A stretch of 64,000 nt of DNA from Rhizobiaceae bacterium (GTDB lineage Bacteria; Pseudomonadota; Alphaproteobacteria; Rhizobiales; Rhizobiaceae): assembly GCA_036778475.1 (NCBI GenBank), contig DAIPSP010000003.1, positions 777 through 64,776 of the forward strand, given 5' to 3'. The translations under genes and the position numbers were made by a program. A model generated the notes under the pieces. It saw only the letters and a list, made by a program, of their open reading frames with translations, did no database searches and had not been told where the DNA came from. This document shows, piece after piece, positions 1 to 15,928 of this stretch. Every line of letters begins with the position of its first letter. Positions within the stretch are counted from its first letter, which is position 1.

Positions 1-1
1 G

Positions 2-2430
<2,429 letters not shown>

Positions 2431-2431
2431 C

Positions 2432-3949
2432 TCAAATCGTCTGGTTGTAGACGCCGACGCCGGGGTTTTGCCGCAGCACCGCGTCCACCGCCTCGAACAT
2501 CGCCTTCTTGCGCGCCTCCGAGACCGGGCTTTCGACGACGACGACCAGTTCCGGCTTGTTCGACGAAGCGCGCACAAGACCCCAGGTGCCGTCGTCGGTG
2601 ACGACGCGCACGCCGTTGACCGTCACCAGGTCGACAATGGCGTGGCCCGCCAGTTTGTCGCCGGCGTCGCGCATCGCGGTGAATCGGGCGACAACCTTGT
2701 CGACGACGCCGTATTTGGTTTCGTCGGAACAATGCGGCGACATCGTCGGCGAGCCAAAAGTCAGGGGCAGGGCGCGGGTTAGGTCGGCCATCGATCTTGC
2801 AGGATTGCGGTCGAGCATCCTGCACACCGAAATCGCGGTGACGAGACCGTCGTCATAACCGCGCCCGTAGGGCGGGTTGAAAAAGAAGTGCCCGGACTTT
2901 TCAAAGCCGGCGAGCGCGCCCAGTTCCTTGACGCGGCGCTTGATGTAGGAATGACCGGTCTTCCAGTAGTCCGTCGACGCGCCCCGCGCCTGCAGCACCG
3001 GATCGGTCATGAACAGGCCGGTCGACTTGACGTCGACGACAAAGCGCGCACCGGGATGCTCGGCCGACATGTCGCGCGCCAGCATGACGCCGACCTTGTC
3101 GGCGAAAATCTCATTGCCTTCATTGTCGACGACGCCGCAGCGGTCGCCGTCGCCGTCGAAGCCCAGCCCGACATCCGCCCCCGTCTCCAGCACCTTGTCG
3201 CGGATGGCGTGCAGCATCTGCATGTCTTCGGGATTGGGATTGTAACGGGGGAAGGTATGGTCGAGTTCGACGTCGAGCGGGATCACCTCGCAGCCGATCC
3301 GCTCCAGCGCCTGAGGCGCGAACGCGCCCGCCGTGCCGTTGCCGCACGCCGCCACCACCTTCAGCTTGCGGGATATGCGCACGCCTTGCGTCAGGTCGTC
3401 GAGATAGCGGGTCCGCATGCCGTCGACCCGTTGATAGGAGCCGCCGCCGACAAGATCGAAATCTCCGCCGAGCACCGCGTTCCTCAACGTCGCCATCTCG
3501 TTGGGGCCAAAGGTCAACGGCCGCTCCATGCCCATCTTGACGCCGGTCCAGCCGTTTTCATTGTGCGAGGCGGTGACCATCGCCACCGACGGGCAGTCGA
3601 GCGCGAACTGGCCGAAATAGGCCATCGGCGACAGCGCCAGGCCGATGTCCCTGACGCGCGCGCCGGCCGCCATCAGGCCGGAGACGAGCGCCAGCTTGAT
3701 CGCCAGCGAATAGGAGCGGAAATCGTGGCCGACGACGATGTCGGGGCCGATGCCGGCGCGGCGGATGACCGTCGCCAGCCCCATGCCAAGGGCCTGGACG
3801 CCGAGCAGGTTGAGTTCCGGGGGTTTTTGCGACGCCGGATGGCCGAACCACCAGCGCGCGTCATATTCGCGGAAGCCGGTCGGCTTGACGAGCGCGCGGG
3901 TCTCGAATTCGAACGTGTTCGGCTGGATGTCTGCGACCGGTTTCAGCAC
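2432..3949 (-). CDS. phosphomannomutase/phosphoglucomutase (alpha-D-phosphohexomutase family)
   Basis: ORF 2432..4141. Motifs present: TGFREYDARW, active-site loop VTASHNENGWTG, metal loop GFDGDGDRCGVVD and GFEKSGHFFF. The ORF-track start at 4141 overlaps tRNA-Pro on the other strand. I prefer the GTG at 3949 (preceded by AGAGAGCGGGA, giving MLKPVADIQPNTFEFE...). The TTG at 4006 is an alternative. Confidence 0.85.
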   Translation of the reverse strand: MLKPVADIQPNTFEFETRALVKPTGFREYDARWWFGHPASQKPPELNLLGVQALGMGLATVIRRAGIGPDIVVGHDFRSYSLAIKLALVSGLMAAGARVRDIGLALSPMAYFGQFALDCPSVAMVTASHNENGWTGVKMGMERPLTFGPNEMATLRNAVLGGDFDLVGGGSYQRVDGMRTRYLDDLTQGVRISRKLKVVAACGNGTAGAFAPQALERIGCEVIPLDVELDHTFPRYNPNPEDMQMLHAIRDKVLETGADVGLGFDGDGDRCGVVDNEGNEIFADKVGVMLARDMSAEHPGARFVVDVKSTGLFMTDPVLQARGASTDYWKTGHSYIKRRVKELGALAGFEKSGHFFFNPPYGRGYDDGLVTAISVCRMLDRNPARSMADLTRALPLTFGSPTMSPHCSDETKYGVVDKVVARFTAMRDAGDKLAGHAIVDLVTVNGVRVVTDDGTWGLVRASSNKPELVVVVESPVSEARKKAMFEAVDAVLRQNPGVGVYNQTI

Positions 3950-4113
3950 GTAATCCCGCTCTCTTGCTGGTGTACCAACGTCCTGAATAACCGCATCGCC
4001 TTGCAATTGCGTATACGGGACGCGTTTTTGCGGTGCGGCAAGATTGTGCGTTCCCGGCGCGCCATTGTGCTTGCAGTCAAAGTCGGCGCTCGCTATAAGC
4101 CCGCGTCTGGTTA

Positions 4114-4190
4114 CGGAGTGTAGCGCAGCCTGGTAGCGCACATCGTTCGGGACGATGGGGTCGCAGGTTCAAATCCTGCCACTCCGACCA
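4114..4190 (+). tRNA. tRNA-Pro (anticodon CGG)
   Basis: Cloverleaf read by eye: acceptor CGGAGTG/CACTCCG, D stem GCGC/GCGC, anticodon stem CATCG/CGATG with loop TTCGGGA, T arm GCAGG-TTCAAAT-CCTGC, discriminator A and encoded CCA. Confidence 0.95.
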
Positions 4191-4263
4191 GTCAAAACGG
4201 CGGCGACAATCGCCGTTTCTCCCGATCAACAGGCGCGGCGTCGCCGCCTGGACGGAGACGTCA

Positions 4264-4416
4264 ATGACCAGAGTTTTCGCTTTGATCGCCGTGCTCGCTG
4301 TCGTCAGCGGTTGCGCCAGCGTGGATTATGGCGGCAGGCGCATCGACACCAAGCCGAGCGCCGCCGGCTGCGCCGTGCCGAATTCGCCCTGCGCGCATGG
4401 CGGCAAAGGTCTCTGA
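4264..4416 (+). CDS. small putative lipoprotein (50 aa)
   Basis: ATG at 4264 gives MTRVFALIAVLAVVSGCASVDYGGRRIDTKPSAAGCAVPNSPCAHGGKGL*. It has a hydrophobic signal followed by a lipobox-like VSG|C. Below the ORF-track size cut-off. No recognisable family. Confidence 0.4.
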   Translation: MTRVFALIAVLAVVSGCASVDYGGRRIDTKPSAAGCAVPNSPCAHGGKGL

Positions 4417-4437
4417 GCCGGCTGACCGGCCCGGATC

Positions 4438-6054
4438 TCACACTCGCAGATAGACGACGCTCAGCGGCTCCAGCGTCATGGCGCTGGCCGGCGCGGCGCG
4501 CCCGTCCGCCAGCATGGTTGCGCCCGCAAACCGCTTCGGGACGCGCCACTGCGTCGCCGCGCCGCCAAAATTGAAGACGCAGAGCAGTCTTTCGCTCTCC
4601 GTCTCGCGTTCAAACGCCAGCACCTCCGGCTCACTGCCGGGTAGAAACCGGATCGACCCGTCGACCAGCGCCGGATGGGCCTTTCGGAACGCAATCGCGG
4701 CCTTGTAGTGCGCCAGCACCGAATCGGCCCCCTGTTGCGCATCGGCGGCGCGCGCGAGATGTTCGCGCGGGATCGGCAGCCAGGGTTTGCCGGTCGAGAA
4801 GTCGGCATTGGGCTTTGCCTTCTCCCACACCATCGGCGTGCGGCAGCCGTCGCGGCCCTTGAACCCCGGCCACATGCGGATGCCGTAGGGATCGCGCAGG
4901 TCTTCAAACGCAATGTCCGCCTCGGTCAGCCCCAGTTCCTCGCCCTGATAGAGGCAGATCGAGCCGCGCAGCGCGCACAGAAGGTCGATGGCGAATTTCG
5001 CCACCTTGTCGACTTCGCCCTGGTTGCGGGAAAACCGCGTGGCGTGACGACGCACATCGTGGTTCGAGAACGCCCAGCACACCCAGCCGTCCTTCACCGC
5101 CTTCTCGAACGCCTCGACCGATCTGCGGATATGCGCCGGCGAAAAATCGTCGCCCAGCAGGTCGAAGGTGTAGCACATGTTGAGCTTGTCGCCGCCTGTG
5201 GTGTAGGCGGCCACGGTTTTGAGCGAACGTTCGCCGTCGCCGACCTCGCCGACCGTCGCCCTGTCGTCATAGCGGTCGAGCAAGGCGCGAAATTCTTTCA
5301 GGAAGCCGATATTCTCCGGCTGTGTCTTGTCGTGGATATGGTCCTGAAAACCGTAGGGATTGGTGTCGGGAATATCGTTGGTCTTGCCTTTGGGAAACGG
5401 CGGATTGTCACGCAGCCGGGCGTCGTGAAAATAGTAGTTCACCGTGTCGAGGCGGAACCCGTCGACGCCGCGGTCAAGCCAGAATTTCACTGCGTCCAGC
5501 ACCGCTTCGCGCACCGCCGGATTGTGAAAGTTGAGGTCCGGCTGCGAGGCGAGGAAATTGTGCATGTAATATTGCCGCCGCCCGGTATCCCATTCCCAGG
5601 CCGGTCCGCCAAAGATCGCCAGCCAGTTGTTGGGGGCGGTTCCGTCGGGTTTTGCATCCGCCCAGACATACCAGTCGGCCTTGTCATTTGTGCGGTCGGC
5701 GCGGCTTTCGACGAACCATTGGTGTTTGTCGGATGTGTGCGAAATCACCTGGTCGATGATGACTTTCAGGCCGCGCCGATGCGCTTCGGCGACAAAGCGG
5801 TCGAAGTCGGCCAGCGCGCCGAACAGCGGATCGACGGCGCGATAGTCGGACACGTCGTAGCCCATGTCGGCCATCGGCGACTTGAAGAAGGGCGACAGCC
5901 ACACCGCATCGACGCCAAGCGCCGCGATATGGTCAAGCCGTCCGGTCGCGCCGGCCAGATCGCCAACGCCGTCGCCGGTCGTGTCCTGAAACGAGCGCGG
6001 ATAGATCTGGTAGATCACAGCGCCCCGCCACCAGTCATGACCGGTTCTTGTCAT
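4438..6054 (-). CDS. GH13 alpha-glucosidase (oligo-1,6-glucosidase/AglA-like)
   Basis: N-terminus WWRGAVIYQIYPRSFQDTTGDGVGDL. GH13 regions present: DAVWLSPFF, GLKVIIDQVISHTS, GVDGFRLDTVNYY, EVGD, FSNHD. The start overlaps the glgX stop by 4 nt (ATGA). Confidence 0.9.
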   Translation of the reverse strand: MTRTGHDWWRGAVIYQIYPRSFQDTTGDGVGDLAGATGRLDHIAALGVDAVWLSPFFKSPMADMGYDVSDYRAVDPLFGALADFDRFVAEAHRRGLKVIIDQVISHTSDKHQWFVESRADRTNDKADWYVWADAKPDGTAPNNWLAIFGGPAWEWDTGRRQYYMHNFLASQPDLNFHNPAVREAVLDAVKFWLDRGVDGFRLDTVNYYFHDARLRDNPPFPKGKTNDIPDTNPYGFQDHIHDKTQPENIGFLKEFRALLDRYDDRATVGEVGDGERSLKTVAAYTTGGDKLNMCYTFDLLGDDFSPAHIRRSVEAFEKAVKDGWVCWAFSNHDVRRHATRFSRNQGEVDKVAKFAIDLLCALRGSICLYQGEELGLTEADIAFEDLRDPYGIRMWPGFKGRDGCRTPMVWEKAKPNADFSTGKPWLPIPREHLARAADAQQGADSVLAHYKAAIAFRKAHPALVDGSIRFLPGSEPEVLAFERETESERLLCVFNFGGAATQWRVPKRFAGATMLADGRAAPASAMTLEPLSVVYLRV

Positions 6055-8069
6055 CTGACCTGTGCTCCCTCAGGCGTTTCGGTCAGCATCGCGACCGAGC
6101 GTCCGCCTAGCCTGAACGCGCCGTTCGCGCCAGATGCGCCGGGCCCGGCTGCAAGCCGCCAGACCATGCCGTCGCGCGCTTCCGCCGCGACAACGCCGGC
6201 GCGGCGGTCGCCGTTGATCAGCACCGCGATGCGCGCCGCGGCGGGTTCGGCGACAACCATGACAAGACGGCGGTTGGCCCGCTCGTTCCAGCGCTCTTCG
6301 GTCATCGGCCGCCAGTCAAAACCGAGCCATTCGACCACCGGTGCGCCGGCGCCGCCCGGAGGCTGAAAGAATTCCAGGCCCTCAAGCCCCGATCCGGCGC
6401 GGATGCGCGCCAGTTGCGCCGTCCAGTCCTCCAGCGCCCGGTCGCGGCCGGCCCAGTCGAGCCAGGTCACGGCATTGTCCTGGCAATAGGCGTTGTTGTT
6501 GCCGCCTTGGGTGCGGCCGAATTCGTCGCCCGCCGTCAGCATGATCGCGCCGCGCGCGGCAAACAATGACGCCAGCATGGCGGCCACGTCGCGCCGGCGC
6601 GCAGCGGAGATCTTTTCGTCCGCCGTCGAACCTTCGACGCCATTGTTCCAGGACAGGTTTTCGCCGTGGCCGTCACGATTTTTCTCGCCATTGGCCTGGT
6701 TGTGCTTGTGCTTGAAGGCGGCGATGTCGGCGAGCGTCAGCCCGTCATGGGCGGCGATGTAGTTGATCGAACGCGTCGCGGTCGCGCCGTCGCGGCCAAA
6801 CACGTCCGACGACCCCGCCAGCCTGGTCGCCAGCACGCCGGTCATGCCGGCGTCGCCGCGCCAGAACCGCCGTGCATCGTCACGGAACCTGTCGTTCCAT
6901 TCGAGCCAGCGGCCGGAAAACTCGCCGAGCCGGTAGCCGTCGCGGCCGATATCCCAGGGTTCTGCGATCAGGATGCGGTCGGCTAGCACCGGGTCGGTCT
7001 CGATCGCCCGCAGGGTTTCGGCGCGCGTCGAAAATCCGTCGGCGTCGCGCCCGAGCACCGGCGCCAGATCGAAGCGGAAGCCGTCGACGCCCGCCTGCAG
7101 AACGAAATGGCGCAGCGATGCGAGGATCAGTTCCCTCACCCTTGGATGGTCGCAGGCGAGCGTGTTGCCGGTGCCGGTGTCGTTGACCAGTTTGCCGTCC
7201 GCCTCGCGGCGGTAGTAGGCGTTGGCGTCGAGCCCGCGCAGCGACAGGGTCGGCCCGTGGATGTCGCTCTCGCCGGTGTGGTTGAAGACGACGTCGAGCA
7301 GAACGCCGATGCCCGCCTGACGCAGCGCCGCCACGGTTCGACGCAATTCGCCGACGCCGCCCGGCGCCAGGCGCGGGTCGAGCGCCATGAACGTCACCGG
7401 GTTGTATCCCCAGGCGTTGGTCAGTCCGAGAGACCCGAGGTGCCGCTCGTCGATCCAGGCCGTCAACGGCATCAGTTCGACCGCCGAAACGCCGATCTTT
7501 TTCAGGTGAGCGATCACCGCCGGATGAGCGAGCGCGGCGACCGTGCCGCGCAGGCCTTCGGGAATATCGGGATGCAGCATGGTGAAGGCGCGGACGTTCA
7601 GTTCGTAGATCAGGCCGCCAGGCCGAAACAGCGGCGGCGACTGCCTCACCGGTTCGGGCAACGCGGCGACGAGCGCCTTGGGCATCATCGGCGCGGTATC
7701 GGTCCGCTGCCAGCGCGGCGCCGCCATCGTCGCGCGATAGCGATAGGGCCAGTCGATCGCCACCGCATAAGGGTCGACCAGCAGCTTGGACGGATCGAAC
7801 CAATAGCCATTTTTCGGATCGTAGCGGCCGTCGGCGCGATAGCCGTAGCGCGTACCGGGCCCCACGCCGTCGACGCTGAGACGAAAAATACCGTCGTCGC
7901 CGCGCTGCATCTGCTGGCGGTGGACCGCGTCGTCGGAAGCGGCAATCTTCGCCCGGTCGCCATCGAGAGGCCGGAACAGGCAAAGCTCGATCCGCTCTGC
8001 CGCGCCCGACCAGACCGCGAAATCGGTCCCGTTGTCGTCCGGCCGCGCCCCAAGCTCGTTCGATGTCAT
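6051..8069 (-). CDS. glgX: glycogen debranching enzyme GlgX
   Basis: ORF 6051..8258. The likely start is MTSNELGARPDDNGTDFAVWSGAAERIELCLF at 8069. Motifs present: ELMPL, WGYNP, VLLDVVFNHTGE, GVDGFRFDLA, IAEPWD, YIAAHDG. Confidence 0.9.
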   Translation of the reverse strand: MTSNELGARPDDNGTDFAVWSGAAERIELCLFRPLDGDRAKIAASDDAVHRQQMQRGDDGIFRLSVDGVGPGTRYGYRADGRYDPKNGYWFDPSKLLVDPYAVAIDWPYRYRATMAAPRWQRTDTAPMMPKALVAALPEPVRQSPPLFRPGGLIYELNVRAFTMLHPDIPEGLRGTVAALAHPAVIAHLKKIGVSAVELMPLTAWIDERHLGSLGLTNAWGYNPVTFMALDPRLAPGGVGELRRTVAALRQAGIGVLLDVVFNHTGESDIHGPTLSLRGLDANAYYRREADGKLVNDTGTGNTLACDHPRVRELILASLRHFVLQAGVDGFRFDLAPVLGRDADGFSTRAETLRAIETDPVLADRILIAEPWDIGRDGYRLGEFSGRWLEWNDRFRDDARRFWRGDAGMTGVLATRLAGSSDVFGRDGATATRSINYIAAHDGLTLADIAAFKHKHNQANGEKNRDGHGENLSWNNGVEGSTADEKISAARRRDVAAMLASLFAARGAIMLTAGDEFGRTQGGNNNAYCQDNAVTWLDWAGRDRALEDWTAQLARIRAGSGLEGLEFFQPPGGAGAPVVEWLGFDWRPMTEERWNERANRRLVMVVAEPAAARIAVLINGDRRAGVVAAEARDGMVWRLAAGPGASGANGAFRLGGRSVAMLTETPEGAQVR

Positions 8070-8246
8070 CTGCCTTCGCTGCCGAATCCATGTCGCCGGA
8101 TCGAAGCGACGCATCACACTATCAAGCCCCCGGCGCAGCGAGAACTGCTGTTTGCGACCCCTGCGCGTCGGCGTCGCCGCCCCAATGCCGGGACCGGCAA
8201 GGCCGCATCTCTGAAAAAACAAGATCGGCGGTTGACAACCTACCGG

Positions 8247-8278
8247 CTGGTTGGTCAATTACATACCAACTGGTTGGT
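8247..8278. promoter_or_regulatory. candidate TetR operator: CTGGTTGGT direct repeat (8247-8255, 8270-8278). The second copy is part of the near-palindrome ACCAAC-TG-GTTGGT (8265-8278). A TTGACA hexamer lies at 8232-8237.
   Basis: Read directly in the 215-bp glgX/TetR divergent intergenic region. The palindrome ends 7 nt before the TetR ATG. Confidence 0.3.
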
Positions 8279-8284
8279 ATTCAA

Positions 8285-8890
8285 ATGAACGATGTAGTAC
8301 ACCCATCCCGGCAGAAATTCATCGACGCAGCGACAGCGCTGGTGCGCGAACAGGGTTATGCCGGCACATCGGTTGACGACATCTGCGCACGCGCCGGGTT
8401 ACGCAAGGGCAGTTTCTTCCACCATTTCAAGAGCAAGGAAGAACTTCTTCTGGCGGCGATCGAGCATTGGAACGCATTCACGGGCGCGGTCTTCGCCAAT
8501 GCGCCGTATCGTTGCCTGCCCGATCCGCGCGACCGTCTGCTCGGCTACGTCGCGTTTCGCGCTGACATTCTCGACCGGCCGATCCCCGAATTCTCCTGCC
8601 TGCTTGGCACGCTGACGCAGGAGGTCTACGCCAGCCACCCCGCCTTGCTCGCCGCCAGCGGCGACGGCATGGCTGGCCATATCGACGAGTTGGTCGCCGA
8701 CATAACGCTCGCCAAGGCGCATTACGCCGCCGCCGCCGACTGGACGCCTCAAAGCCTCGGCTTCTTCATCCAGGCGGCGCTGCAAGGCTCGTTTGTCCAG
8801 GCCAAGGCGACCGGCGGCGCCGATGTGGCGCGCGCCAATCTCGACCACCTCAAGCGCTATATCGAAACCCTGCTTCCCAACGGCAAATAA
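8285..8890 (+). CDS. TetR/AcrR family transcriptional regulator
   Basis: MNDVVHPSRQKFIDAATALVREQGYAGTSVDDICARAGLRKGSFFHHFKSKEELL is a typical TetR N-terminal HTH. Start taken at the ATG at 8285 inside ORF 8063..8890. Confidence 0.85.
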   Translation: MNDVVHPSRQKFIDAATALVREQGYAGTSVDDICARAGLRKGSFFHHFKSKEELLLAAIEHWNAFTGAVFANAPYRCLPDPRDRLLGYVAFRADILDRPIPEFSCLLGTLTQEVYASHPALLAASGDGMAGHIDELVADITLAKAHYAAAADWTPQSLGFFIQAALQGSFVQAKATGGADVARANLDHLKRYIETLLPNGK

Positions 8891-8904
8891 TGAGGAGACA
8901 GACC

Positions 8905-9348
8905 ATGCCGTCCACCATCCGCCTCCACCGCGTGCTCAAGACCACGCCTGAAAAAGTCTATCGCGCCTTCACCGACGCCGACGCCTGGTGCCGCTTCCTG
9001 CCGCCGCACGGATTTCTCGGCGCCATCGACAGGTTCGAGCCGAAGGTAGGCGGCCGGTTCCATATGTCGTTCCGCAACTTCGCCACCAATCAGGCGCACT
9101 CGTTCGGCGGCGCATTCCTCGAAATGACGCCGAACAAAAAATTGTCCTACAGCGACGTGTTCGACGACGCCAACCTGCCCGGCGAGATGAAGACGACGAT
9201 CGAGCTGGCCGAGGTTCCCGGCGGCACGGACGTCAGGATCACCCAGGAGGGCGTACCCGACATGATCCCCGAATCGATGTGCTATCTCGGCTGGCAGGAC
9301 ACGCTGACCCAGCTGCGCGACCTGGTCGAGCCGGATATCCGGCAGTAA
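8905..9348 (+). CDS. SRPBCC-superfamily protein (AHSA1/START-like)
   Basis: ORF 8890..9348. GAGGAG precedes the ATG at 8905. STIRLHRVLKTTPEKVYRAFTDADAWCRFLPPHGF...GGRFHMSF...E is typical of the Aha1-like SRPBCC family often paired with small regulators. Confidence 0.8.
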   Translation: MPSTIRLHRVLKTTPEKVYRAFTDADAWCRFLPPHGFLGAIDRFEPKVGGRFHMSFRNFATNQAHSFGGAFLEMTPNKKLSYSDVFDDANLPGEMKTTIELAEVPGGTDVRITQEGVPDMIPESMCYLGWQDTLTQLRDLVEPDIRQ

Positions 9349-9378
9349 CGCGGGCGCGCCGAACCGGGCGGCCAAGGC

Positions 9379-13730
<4,352 letters not shown>

Positions 13731-15928
13731 TCCCATGCTCCTCCACCCGGCCCTTTGCGGCCTCGAACTCAAAATAGAGCGTCGCCAGCGGCGGCAGCGT
13801 AATGTTCGCCGCGATCGACTTGCCCTTGCCCGAGGCGACGACCGAACCGAGATTCCCCTTCCCGGTTCCGCCGTAGTCCCCGGCGTCCGTATTCAGAATT
13901 TCGCGCCAGCGCCCGGCTTTCGGCAAGGGCAATCTGTAGTCTTCGCGCGCAATCGGGGTGAAATTCGTCACCACCGCCACCGGACGCTGGCGCGGCGCAA
14001 TGCGCAGCCATGCAAACACCGAGCGGTCGCGGTCGTCGACGACAAGCCACTCGAAACCCTCCGGCTCGCAGTCGCGTGCATGCAGCGCCGGGCGGCCGCG
14101 GTAGAGACGGTTCAGGTCGCGCACCAGCGACTGCATGCCCTTGTGCGGCTTGTGTTGCAGCAAATCCCAGTCCAGTTCGCCGGCCTCGCTCCATTCGGCG
14201 CGCTGCGCGAATTCCTGCCCCATGAACAAGAGTTTCTTGCCGGGATAACCCCACATGAAACCGTAATAGGCGCGCAGCGTCGCGAATTTCTGCCAGTCGT
14301 CGCCGCCCATCTTGCCGACCAGCGCCGACTTTCCGTGCACCACCTCGTCATGCGACAGCGGCAGCACGAAATTCTCGCTGAACGCGTACATCAGCCCGAA
14401 GGTGATTTCCTCGTGATGATGGCGCCGGTGGATCGGATCGCGCTTCAGATAGGACAGGGTGTCGTGCATGAACCCCATGTTCCACTTGAAGCCGAAGCCG
14501 AGGCCGCCATCATGGACCGGGGCCGAAACCTTTGGCCACGAGGTCGATTCCTCGGCCATGGTCATGAAGCCGGGGGCCGCGGCATAGACCGCTGTGTTCA
14601 TGTCCTTCAGGAACTCGACCGCCTCGAGGTTCTCGCGCCCGCCCTTTTCGTTGGGCTCCCACTCGCCCGCCTTGCGGGCATAGTCGAGATAAAGCATCGA
14701 GGCGACCGCATCGACGCGTAAGCCGTCGAGATGAAACTGCTCGGCCCAGAACACCGCATTGTTGACCAGATAGGATTTCACCTCGCGCCGGCCGAAATTG
14801 TAGACCGCCGTGTTCCATTCGGGGTGCATGCCCTTGCGCGTGTCCGCATATTCGTAGAGCGCGGCGCCATCGAACCTGACCAGTCCGTGCGCGTCGACGG
14901 GGAAATGCGCCGGCACCCAATCGAGGATGACGCCGACGCCCGCCTGGTGGGCGCCATCGACGAAACGGGCAAAACCCTCACGGTCGCCAAAGCGCGAGGT
15001 CGGCGCATATAGCCCGGTTGTCTGGTAGCCCCACGACGGATCGTAAGGGTGTTCGGTGATCGGCAGGAACTCGATATGGGTGTAGCCCATGTCGACGACA
15101 TAGGGGATCAGCAGGTCGCCGAGTTCGTCCCAGGTGAGGAATTTCCCCTCGGCGTTGCGCCGCCACGAGCCGGCATGGACCTCATAGATCGAGATCGGCT
15201 GACGGCGCGGGTCGGCCTTCTTCCAGAAATCGCGATGCGCCTTGTCGGCCCATGCATGGGCAAGCGGGGCGACCGTCACCGAGGCCGTTTCGGGGCGAAG
15301 TTGCGCGTGAAACGCAAACGGATCTGCCTTCAGCGGCTGGCGCACGCCGGTCGGGCTGATAATCTCGAATTTGTAGGTCCGCCCTGCCCCGATTTCGGGA
15401 ACAAAAATCTCCCAGATGCCGCTGTCGGCGCGGCGGCGCATGACATGGCGGCGGCCGTCCCATTCGTTGAAGTCGCCGACGACCGAGACGCGCCTGGCGT
15501 TGGGCGCCCAGACGGCAAAATGAAAGCCGGTCGCGCCCTCGTGCTCGATCCGGTGCGCGCCGAGCTTGTCAAACAGGCGCAGATGCGAACCCTGCGCCAT
15601 GTAATAGTCGTCCATCGGTCCCAGCACCGGGCCGAAGGAATAGGGATCGGCGACCACCCATTCGCCGGACCCGGCGCCGGCGCGATAGCGCAGCGGCTGG
15701 CGCGCCTCCAGGTCGACCGGACCCTCGAAAAAGCCGGCCTCATGCATCTTCTGCAGTTTGCCGACCGGCTTTCCCGTCAGCGTCTCGGCCATCAGACTGT
15801 CGGCGCCGGGCACGAAGGCGCGGGCCACAAACCCCTTGCCGTCCGGGTGGACGCCAAGGATCGAGAACGGGTCGGCAAACGCGCCCCTGGCGATCTGATC
15901 GATGTCTCGCCGGGCGACCATGGCGCGC

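Noticed and set aside
4155-4574. 139-aa ORF starting inside tRNA-Pro
   Set aside because: It begins within the tRNA and runs antisense into the alpha-glucosidase 3' end. A small lipoprotein ORF in another frame (4264..4416) explains the coding-like signal better.
8070-8258. N-terminal extensions suggested by the ORF track (glgX to 8258, glgP to 18454, glgB to 16083, glgA to 12510, frcA to 19767, cysD to 29271, etc.)
   Set aside because: The extensions overlap upstream genes or lack family similarity. Conserved N-termini and RBS or stop-start coupling support the internal starts used in the feature list.
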